Below are positions 55,616 to 64,000 of a stretch of DNA of 64,000 nt, piece by piece. Below the pieces are notes generated by a model. The model worked only from the letters and a program-made list of their open reading frames with translations, was not told the DNA's origin and made no database searches. The stretch is taken from contig JAANOX010000205.1 in the NCBI GenBank assembly GCA_020184695.1, positions 248,001 to 312,000 on the forward strand, written 5' to 3'. The translations under genes and the position numbers were made by a program. Within the stretch, counting starts at the first letter, position 1. Every line of letters starts with the position of its first letter. This stretch comes from Histomonas meleagridis 2922-C6/04-290x (lineage: Eukaryota > Protista > Parabasalia).

Positions 55616-58600
55616 ATGAGCTCTGTGTCTTCAAGTGTGAAATCTTTACAAGCAAAAATTAACGGAATGGGTGAAATTAATTCATCAGATGATGGTTCAT
55701 CAAATAACATAAGTGCTCTTTTGGATGATATTTCTAATCTTTCAATTGATAAAAATGAATTACATTCATTTCAAGATGAAAGTGATAACCAACTTCTCGA
55801 ATTTTTAGACGAAACAGAAGATAAAATTTCAACTACAAACACGATGCTATCTGGAGATTTTTCTATAAATTCTAATATTCTTCAAACTTCTTCACAAACA
55901 TCAATTACGGATTCACCAGATACTGACGTATCTATGTTTCTTACTGCTTTTAATACAAAATATAAAAAAAATGCAAATCAATTATTTGATGTTCTAGACC
56001 TCATTGATTCATTAATAGAATCTAACAACAAAAAATCTGGAAAAGAAAGTAAATCTACAGATTTTGGTTTTGATGAAAGAATAACAAAATATCAAACAGA
56101 AAATGATCGTCTTACAACGCAACTTGAAGAATCAAATAGTAAAATTACCACATTAGAGCATCAAATCACAACACTTAAAACAACAATAAATGCTCTTGAT
56201 AATCAAAACAAATCACTTCAAAATGATTTTAACAACTTACAAAATTCCCTTAATTCTATGCATGAAATAATGGAATCACAACTCAATGATGTACAATCAT
56301 TAAGTCATCAACGATCACAACTTATTGAAATAACAAAGAAACAAGATCTTATGATTGAAAAGTATGAAGCTCTTTATAAAGAGAGTATGAAAAATCATGA
56401 TAAAATCACCACAAATAAAACAAACACTGAACTTCAAAAACAATTTGACGTTACTGATGAATTATATTCATTAATGTCAGCAATAATTCATGAAATTGAT
56501 GGAGTAAAAGATGCTTCTGTTCAAACCGAAATAGCTAAAATTACAAATGATTCAAACCTCCCAATTAAAGAAAGAATTATTTCTATATTCACATTCTTTA
56601 AATCAAAGTTAGAATCATTGTATGAAATGAACAAAAACATTTTAAATGAAATGGATATTAAAGATAAAAATCTTCAAGAATGTCAACAAAAATGCAAAGA
56701 AGTATTATCTCTTTTTGAAGAAGAACTTAGTTTTCTCCAAAAATTAACGCATAGTTCTGATCTTCAATCAGTTATATTTTGTACACCAAATTCTAATGAA
56801 GTACCTTTACTTGATGAACAATCTAAATCAGAATTAATTAAAAGATGTGCTCAATTAGGAAGATTTATTGAAGAAACAATTGGAAGAGTTTCAAATGAGA
56901 AATTTGAAGAACAATTTCCAATTGATGGTATTGATACTTCACATATTTTTGATCTACTTCAGTCAACACAAATGGAAGATAGAGTACAAAATATGGTTGA
57001 AAAATTCGATATCGAAAATAATGTTGATTTAAGGGAATTATTTGATATGTTTTGTGCACAAGTTTATATTAATGAACTACTTAAAAATTATACAACAGAA
57101 TTAAATTTGAGAATTGCACATTGTGGAAATGAAATAAATATTCTTCGTCAAAAGAAAGAAAATAATGATGATCAACAAATACCAAATAAGTCAATTTCAA
57201 AATTAATTAAACATATGAAACATGTTGATTCAAAAATTAGAAGATTTGTTGGTCATTATATAGAAATCAGTGATGATGAGTCAACTTATAAAATTGTTGT
57301 TGATTTATTTAATGTAATGACTGGAGAAATTCAAAAGAGCTCATCAAGTTTTCAAGAAACAGAACAAATGCAAAATGAAATCAAAAGATTAAGAAAAGCA
57401 CTTGGTAAATCAAAAAGAAAAACAAATGATTCAGAATCAACAAGTGAAATTGAAAGTCAACTTTCTTCAATACAATATCAATTAAATGAAACATCTAAAG
57501 AATTGGAAGTTAAATCAAAAGAATTTGAAAACCTTCAAAAGCAAATCGAACAAAAGAATGAAGAAATCGCAAATTATAAAAGTCAAATCGAAGAAGATGA
57601 GAAGAAACATAAGGAATATCAAGAAAGACTTAATTCTTCAACAACACAAATTAATACGTTAAACAAACAAATTAATAATTTTGAAACAGTTTTTGAACGA
57701 GTTAAAAAACAAAGAAAACAACTTGGAGATCAAATAGAAAGACTTCAGCATGCAAATCAACAACTTAATAAGTCAATACAAAAAGCTAATCAACAAACAC
57801 GTGAAGAATATGAAAATAAAATTAATCAAATTATGGAAAAAATGGAAAAAATACAAAATGAAAATGAAAATTATACACAACAAAATCAAGTATTAAATGC
57901 TAAAAATCAACAACTTTTATCTGAATTATCCACATTAAGAATATCTAATAAATCAATTGAATTAAAAATGAGAACACTTGAAGAAAGAATTAACTTAGAA
58001 AAGAAACTTTTACAATCCAGAGCAACTGCACAAGCAACAGTAATACAAGTTGAACAATCACAACAAATTAATGACTTAAAATCAAAACTTGGAGAAATAT
58101 CTGATAGATTATCAAAATATCTTGATAATAAATACACATTTAATATTGATTCAATAATTAATGCTGCTGAAGAAGAACTTAAAAATTCTAAAGCATCAAA
58201 AGAACATTATATGGAAATGCTTGAAGATGTTACAAATGTAAAAAGTCAACTTGGGATATCATCAGCTACAAAAATATCTGACTATGTTCAAGAAATATTA
58301 AGCACGAAAGAAAATAAACAAAAAGAAGTTGGAGAAAATTTAAAGAAACTTCAACAAGAACATAAGGAATATGAACAAATGAAAAGAGAAATGAAAAAGG
58401 CTGAGTCACAAATCATTGCATTAAAACAATGGGAAAATTGGGGAAGAAGAATTCATAGAGTAATACATGAAACAGATTCAATTCACTTAGAATCAGACGC
58501 ATTAAGATTATCACTTGAAGAAGCACTTCTTGCTTCTGTTTCACATAGAGTTTTCTTCTTTAGAACAGAATTATTAAGAGCACAAAAACTTTTATTGATT

Positions 58601-58867
58601 AAGTTTGATAAGCGTTTATTAATGTGTAAACAGCCACCACAATATAATATAAGAGCTGTAATAGCTGTTTGTTTGTTCACAAGAAGGCTTCAAACAATGG
58701 CAGGATGTTTGCCTATTAATATTCCTCCGCCAGATCCAATTATAAGACCAAATCAAATATCAAGAAGTGATAAAGAAACACCAAAAAGAAATCTTTTGAC
58801 ACCTGGAAAATATAGTCAATTAACAACCAAAAAGTTACTTCATCCTTTAATACCTTATAAGGTTTGA
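55616..58867 (+). CDS. Large coiled-coil protein
   Basis: 1083-aa ORF with extensive E/K/Q/L heptads. Confidence 0.8.
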   Translation: MSSVSSSVKSLQAKINGMGEINSSDDGSSNNISALLDDISNLSIDKNELHSFQDESDNQLLEFLDETEDKISTTNTMLSGDFSINSNILQTSSQTSITDSPDTDVSMFLTAFNTKYKKNANQLFDVLDLIDSLIESNNKKSGKESKSTDFGFDERITKYQTENDRLTTQLEESNSKITTLEHQITTLKTTINALDNQNKSLQNDFNNLQNSLNSMHEIMESQLNDVQSLSHQRSQLIEITKKQDLMIEKYEALYKESMKNHDKITTNKTNTELQKQFDVTDELYSLMSAIIHEIDGVKDASVQTEIAKITNDSNLPIKERIISIFTFFKSKLESLYEMNKNILNEMDIKDKNLQECQQKCKEVLSLFEEELSFLQKLTHSSDLQSVIFCTPNSNEVPLLDEQSKSELIKRCAQLGRFIEETIGRVSNEKFEEQFPIDGIDTSHIFDLLQSTQMEDRVQNMVEKFDIENNVDLRELFDMFCAQVYINELLKNYTTELNLRIAHCGNEINILRQKKENNDDQQIPNKSISKLIKHMKHVDSKIRRFVGHYIEISDDESTYKIVVDLFNVMTGEIQKSSSSFQETEQMQNEIKRLRKALGKSKRKTNDSESTSEIESQLSSIQYQLNETSKELEVKSKEFENLQKQIEQKNEEIANYKSQIEEDEKKHKEYQERLNSSTTQINTLNKQINNFETVFERVKKQRKQLGDQIERLQHANQQLNKSIQKANQQTREEYENKINQIMEKMEKIQNENENYTQQNQVLNAKNQQLLSELSTLRISNKSIELKMRTLEERINLEKKLLQSRATAQATVIQVEQSQQINDLKSKLGEISDRLSKYLDNKYTFNIDSIINAAEEELKNSKASKEHYMEMLEDVTNVKSQLGISSATKISDYVQEILSTKENKQKEVGENLKKLQQEHKEYEQMKREMKKAESQIIALKQWENWGRRIHRVIHETDSIHLESDALRLSLEEALLASVSHRVFFFRTELLRAQKLLLIKFDKRLLMCKQPPQYNIRAVIAVCLFTRRLQTMAGCLPINIPPPDPIIRPNQISRSDKETPKRNLLTPGKYSQLTTKKLLHPLIPYKV

Positions 58868-58944
58868 AAATATCCATTATTAAACTGTATATGTTTTCGA
58901 GTATTTTTTAATTTTTTGCTTTTTTTAAATACAAAAAGTGACAA

Positions 58945-60879
58945 ATGGAAATAGACACAACATGGAAAATTAGCACACAAAATGATACATCTATTGCTTC
59001 TTTACTAAGTTCTACATGTATTCTTTCTCCAGATGGCGTAACATTATGCAGTTTAAACAATGATTCTATTGAATATTATGGAAAAGATGGAAATAATTCA
59101 CAATTTCAAATTCCCTTAGAAAAAAATGAAAAAATTACATGTTTGTCAAATGCATGCACAAACCCATGGATTTTATGCGTGGGGACAACAAGTGGTCGTT
59201 TGATTTTTTTTGAAATGAACAATGTTCTCTTAACTTTAACGCCACGTAATGCACCTATCCAAAGTGTTAAGCTTTGTTCTCATTCAAAGAGTTATTTTAC
59301 CAAATCATTTTCTATTTTTTTGGTTCAATATTCTGAAGGGGTATTTATTACAATTCCTCTTGAATCTTTACTCCAAAAAATACAAAACAAAGACAGTGAT
59401 CAACAAGTCAACTTTCAAAAATGGCAAACCAACCATAACAATGTATCAGATTCTGCGATCGTCAATTCTAACTTATCCTCTCTTATGCTTTCTGGTCTTC
59501 ATCCATTTCCAGCACTTGTCAACACAGGTTCTAAACCATTTTTATCAGTTTATTCGATATCCAAACCACAAGATGCTGGTGCTGCACAACGTGTTAAACA
59601 AGCAGCTTCAAGATTCTTCAAAATAGCAGCTAACTGGATTGTCGGAAGTGAAGCTGAAGAAGAAGAGCCTCCAATCCCAAAGGCAGCATTTGAATACGAA
59701 ATAATCGACGAGGACCGTAACGGTCGCCAAATATTTGCGAGTCCAAACGGTCGCTGGTTTGCTATCAACGATGCGAGAGGTCGTGTTATTGTTGTAGATT
59801 CTGTATTTGGACATATTTCCAAAGTTATTAAGGGTGTACGTGATGCTCAGATTTCATGGAAAGATGAATTTCTACTTGTATATACTCCATCTAGAGGAAT
59901 GATTACTTGTTGTCTTATTCCAAGTGGTAAAATCATTGATGCAGTTAAAGTTGATAAAAACGGCAAACTCTTCCAAGTATATGGACCAGAAAACGATTTT
60001 GGATCAACATTTATTGATTCAATTGGAAATGTTGCATCCTTAAAAGTAAATTATGAAAACGAAAATAACACAAACGAATACAAGTCACCACTTGATTTCC
60101 ATTTCGAGTTTCCACTTTTCCTTACAAATGAATCAAATTCGATCATCAAAGAACTTCATTCTTCAGTTTCATCTGACAACATAAATGAAGAAGCTGTTCT
60201 CGAAATCATTCGAAAAGTTACGACACCCGAACTTGGCGCATCATCAATTCGAGTATTATTATTATATCCCAATATCACCGAAGAACTTCTATATCAATCG
60301 ATTCAAGCATTAAAATCGAACGTAAACATTGATACTTTTGAAGAAGATTCCAAATCATTTTTCGAGAGTTCCAATTCGTCATTACATAAAGCGAATGACA
60401 TCTTCGAATACAAATGTTTCATCGAACTTGCGAATCGTTGGGACGAATATAAACACTACGAAACCATTGAAGTATCAAATCTTAAATCTATTTTTAATGA
60501 TTTCGATCTTCCGACAAAAGAAATACCGAAACCAAAAGAAGAAAACTTGAAAATGTTTCTGATGACACCATTGAAGTCACCGAACTTCTTCTTTTCTTTT
60601 ATACGAACAGAGAATGTTACTGTTAATGATATATATCATTCATATCGAATCGCGCGATGCACAAAAGAAGAGTTCATAATGCGATTTGTGATTTGGTTTA
60701 TGTCTGCATCGTCCGCACAGATAACTGTCGCAAAGAACGCGCTGCACGAGTTCTTGTCCACGAAAAACGTGAAGGAAGAATGCGCACAGGTGATGAAGCA
60801 ATTGGTGATGCCAAATGGTACTTATAACAAAATGACACTGTCGTATTTCATGGAAAACCAATTTAATGATAAGGATTAA
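58945..60879 (+). CDS. Rab3-GAP non-catalytic subunit (N-terminal domain)-like
   Basis: DEDRNGRQIFASPNGRWFAINDARGRVIVVD..IKGVRDAQISW..LLVYTPSRG parallels RAB3GAP2 DxxRxGxxIxLSP..TDxFGRV..WKGYRDAQ..IYAPRRG. Confidence 0.75.
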   Translation: MEIDTTWKISTQNDTSIASLLSSTCILSPDGVTLCSLNNDSIEYYGKDGNNSQFQIPLEKNEKITCLSNACTNPWILCVGTTSGRLIFFEMNNVLLTLTPRNAPIQSVKLCSHSKSYFTKSFSIFLVQYSEGVFITIPLESLLQKIQNKDSDQQVNFQKWQTNHNNVSDSAIVNSNLSSLMLSGLHPFPALVNTGSKPFLSVYSISKPQDAGAAQRVKQAASRFFKIAANWIVGSEAEEEEPPIPKAAFEYEIIDEDRNGRQIFASPNGRWFAINDARGRVIVVDSVFGHISKVIKGVRDAQISWKDEFLLVYTPSRGMITCCLIPSGKIIDAVKVDKNGKLFQVYGPENDFGSTFIDSIGNVASLKVNYENENNTNEYKSPLDFHFEFPLFLTNESNSIIKELHSSVSSDNINEEAVLEIIRKVTTPELGASSIRVLLLYPNITEELLYQSIQALKSNVNIDTFEEDSKSFFESSNSSLHKANDIFEYKCFIELANRWDEYKHYETIEVSNLKSIFNDFDLPTKEIPKPKEENLKMFLMTPLKSPNFFFSFIRTENVTVNDIYHSYRIARCTKEEFIMRFVIWFMSASSAQITVAKNALHEFLSTKNVKEECAQVMKQLVMPNGTYNKMTLSYFMENQFNDKD

Positions 60880-61269
60880 ATGTAACATTTTCAAGAAATA
60901 AAAATACTTTTTGATGATATTTTTTGATTTGAAAGAGCTTGAAAAAATTCATATAACAAAATTATGTCGTTTCTGGCGGCCATTTCCCATTAATTTTTTT
61001 TTTTTTTTAATGTATTAAAAGATACATACCTGATGACATGAAAATTCAATATTAAAAAAAATGGGTATCTTAAATGAAAATAATTAACACATTCCTATCA
61101 TTTTGAAAATATAGCTTATAAAAAAATTTAAAATTTCATAATTTTCACATATTAATAATAATAAATATTTTTGAATTACATTATTAATAAAAAAATATGT
61201 TTGTTATACACCATTTTGTTGGAATACTTTTACATTCTTATAACTTCAAAATTACATGAAAATATTTCA

Positions 61270-61665
61270 CTTAAAACATTTTACGGTCTTCTTTCCTTCT
61301 CTTTACTTTTGTATTTGAAAAGCCAATTTTTAAAACAGCTTCTGTTGCACGTAGAAAAACTTTTCTCAAATTATATCTTACATGAATCATGTTACCAGCA
61401 GCTGATATTCCTTCTTGGGATGAAGTTGGTTCATTACTATTATTTGAGTGGTTCAACTATGAAATTATCCCTTAAGTCAGTTTTCGTTCCTACTAAAATA
61501 AAAGGTGTTGAAGGGTAGTATTGCTTGATTTCTGTATAAAATGCTCTCAAGGAATTGTGGACAAACAAGAGAGAAAAAAGAACAAAAACGTTACTGTTTG
61601 TATATGTTATTGGATAAAGTTTGTAATACCCGATACTCTTCATCATCTTGACAGTTGTGCCAGTT
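61270..61665 (-). pseudogene. Rac/Rho GTPase remnant (C-terminal two-thirds)
   Basis: Frameshifted QDDEEY / KLYPITYTNSNVFVLFSL..EIKQYYPSTPFILVGTKTDLRD / LRKVFLRATEAVL. Confidence 0.75.
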
Positions 61666-61850
61666 TCTTTGAGTAAGAAGTGATTTAACTATTTCTGTAT
61701 AATAAATATGGCTATTTTCAGATGCTTTCATAAGTGCTATATCAAATAATTTGAATAATTTCCAAAAATTATTTGGAAATATATAATTTTTATAATAAAT
61801 ATCTAATATCAATTCCTTCTTACTTAAGAAGCAATTTAACTATTTCTGTG
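61666..61850 (-). pseudogene. Degraded ankyrin repeats with a 60-nt (three-cassette) spacer
   Basis: EIVKLLLK*EGIDI, 60-nt spacer (61800-61741), IALMKASENSH..YTEIVKSLL. Confidence 0.8.
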
Positions 61851-61967
61851 TATAAAATATTAACAAAATTTATTTAAGAATCATATTAAATTTTGTAAGA
61901 TCATTTTAACCAAGAAAATGGATTTCAATATAAGTTCTCCACAACCAAATTACCAATGAAAAATGTA

Positions 61968-62012
61968 TAATAATAATAATAATAATAATATATATATATA
62001 TATATATATATA
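61968..62012. repeat. Compound (TAA)n-(TA)n microsatellite
   Basis: Directly visible in the sequence. Confidence 0.95.
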
Positions 62013-62387
62013 AAATAGAAATTTTCATAAGACTATTTCTGAAAAACTTTGATATTTCATTGTTTTTAGAGACACATGAGATTTCAAATAAAAAATTTGT
62101 CTTTTGAAACTTCAATTATTCTTTTAATTAAAATTCAAGAAGTTAAAAAAAAAAATATTATTAAAATAGCATATATTATATCTAATATATAGACTTCAAT
62201 TATCATCTCTATCTTTTAAATTATCGTACATGATCATCCTATTTTTGATATCACAATTCATTTCATTTGAATAAAACCCACCAACGAAAACGTTTTCATT
62301 TTATTATTCAGCACAAAACCCAATATTAAATCAATCCTTAAACTATTATCTTTATCAAAACAATAGTATTTGTATATAAATGGAATT

Positions 62388-63734
62388 TTAAAAATCATTA
62401 AATTCTTCGTTCGTTGCTAACTGCGCCGCCAATTGAATCAAAGGAGGTATAAACTTTGTCTCACATGCCATTTCTATGAAAGGATGTTTCAACAATTCCT
62501 CTGCCGAAGGTCTTTGATCTGGGTCCACATTTAAACACTTATCTAGAAAATCCAAAAACTCCGGGGATCTTTGATCCTTTGCCGAAATCTCTGGTATACC
62601 GACTGACACTATCATATATAAAGCCTTCATAGGTGGCACATCGACATATGGAGGTTCACCTTCTGCCAATTCTCTACAAAGAATTCCTAACGACCATATA
62701 TCTACCGCAAAACTATAAGGCAATGACTTAATTAATTCAGGTGACATCCAATATGGTGTACCCACAACAGATTTCCTGAAATCGTTACTCGACGATAATT
62801 GAGCGGTATAACCGAAATCTGCTAAACGTACTTCACCTGTGGGTTTCAGGAGTACGTTATCTGTTTTGATGTCTCTATGGATCTTGTTTTGCTTATGCAT
62901 GTAGTCTAATGCTTTAAGGACTTCTCGAGCAAAATACGCAATGTGTGGTTCTTGGCATTCACAATATGTGGCTACATTTGTCAATGAACCACCATCCATT
63001 AATTCCATAAGAATCCAAAGGGTGGATTTGACTCTGTAAGCAGCATAAAATGATACTATGTTTTCATGATGCATGGAGGCCATTAATCGAGTTTCTTCTA
63101 AGATGGCTTCTTCATTCGTTTCATTAAGTTGCATCTCTTTGACCGCAATTGTCTCATCTAATTCGGGATGATATGCACTGTAGATAATACATGTGGAACC
63201 TTCATCAAGTTTCTCAATGTTTTTAAGAAATTTAAGAGGATTTGCTGGTTTGATGATTTGGCTAAGTGGTGGTAAATTATCATCTGATGTGGTGTTCATT
63301 TCGATTGGTGCAGGTTTTGTACTCTCATTCATGAAATTAAGGATATCTAAAACTCCTTGTGGATTTTGTAGAACTTCATCTTTGGATAAATCACTCTTCT
63401 TAAGAATCTTTTCCCATTCTGGAGGAAGTCCAGAAAAGCCTGTTTCTGAGTTAAAATCGACATGAACTTCATGGATTAAATCATATGGTGCAGAAACTAT
63501 TGGCTTTGGTTTGGCACCAGGAAGTGTTGGTTCAAGAGATGGATCTAAGTTTTTCTGAAATGAAGCTGCAGATGAAAGTGGAATGAATCCAATTAAACAT
63601 CTTGGAACATTAACGTATTGCCCAGTTTGTGAATCGATCGTTATCTTGACTCCAGCACGGACGTCATATGGCCTGGAAACCTCGAGAGATGATGAAGATT
63701 GATCGCGAGATTCCGCCTTTTTCAAACGAAACAT
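62388..63734 (-). CDS. PAK/STE20 kinase with CRIB domain
   Basis: VSAPYDLIHEVHVDFNSETGFSGLPPEW (CRIB), HRDIKTDN, ADFG and VGTPYWMSPE. Start at ATG 63734 (or 63863). Confidence 0.92.
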   Translation of the reverse strand: MFRLKKAESRDQSSSSLEVSRPYDVRAGVKITIDSQTGQYVNVPRCLIGFIPLSSAASFQKNLDPSLEPTLPGAKPKPIVSAPYDLIHEVHVDFNSETGFSGLPPEWEKILKKSDLSKDEVLQNPQGVLDILNFMNESTKPAPIEMNTTSDDNLPPLSQIIKPANPLKFLKNIEKLDEGSTCIIYSAYHPELDETIAVKEMQLNETNEEAILEETRLMASMHHENIVSFYAAYRVKSTLWILMELMDGGSLTNVATYCECQEPHIAYFAREVLKALDYMHKQNKIHRDIKTDNVLLKPTGEVRLADFGYTAQLSSSNDFRKSVVGTPYWMSPELIKSLPYSFAVDIWSLGILCRELAEGEPPYVDVPPMKALYMIVSVGIPEISAKDQRSPEFLDFLDKCLNVDPDQRPSAEELLKHPFIEMACETKFIPPLIQLAAQLATNEEFNDF

Positions 63735-64000
63735 TTTGGGAAAAGTGACACAAATTTTAAAATGGAGAAAAATATCCACTTTGTAAGGGAAGATTACAAT
63801 ATTTATTTGTTTTATGTATAAATTTGTTCGAACATTATTCTTTAGGTTGAATTTATTTGCCATAATAAAGAAGAAAAATTTAATTTTTGAATAGAAGTGT
63901 GTAAGTTTATTTCACTAAAAAAAATTCGCTGCGAAGGTCCTTAACGTCCATTTCTCAGAAATTTCATGTTAATTCAAAAGTGTTCCGGCTTTTCATAGGT

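Noticed and set aside
1643-63465. Numerous 60-150 aa ORFs antisense to or nested in long genes, and F/I/L/Y-rich intergenic ORFs; TTG/GTG starts in the track
   Set aside because: These are expected by-products of AT-rich DNA and codon structure, with no motifs. Eukaryotic ATG starts were used instead.

Overview
AT-rich, gene-dense, almost intron-free eukaryotic DNA with parabasalid hallmarks (Tritrichomonas-like, inferred): DUF3447-type ankyrin genes, R2R3 Myb paralogs, a double-domain E2F-like gene and a TCATT initiator element. About 30 protein genes are recognisable. They include HIRA, a HEATR6-like gene, GCP2, Rab, an NQO-type flavoprotein, MAP2K, GSK3, RPS30, a cyclin, a bacterial-type endonuclease I, RalGAPB-like, RNF10-like, Rab3GAP2-like, PAK and a probable CatSper-epsilon/delta-like protein. 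Several pseudogenes are also present (AGC kinase, tetraspanin, STT3, Ras, Rac). The standout observation involves four separate ankyrin loci (7.4-8.1, 20.1-20.4, 39.5-39.8 and 61.7-61.8 kb). Each ankyrin repeat is interrupted between ..NAKD and TAL.. by an AT-rich spacer of about 80, 60 or 40 nt built from 20-nt cassettes (17-nt element + 3 nt). Reading only the last 3 nt of each cassette restores the missing ankyrin linker D-x-x-G-x-T (e.g. KD-NNGK-TAL, KD-QYGY-TAL, KD-DFGI-TPL) and restores long open frames. The 17-nt elements have no GT-AG ends. This suggests an undescribed processing or decoding system with 3-nt micro-exons. It is an inference from DNA alone and needs RNA or proteomic confirmation.
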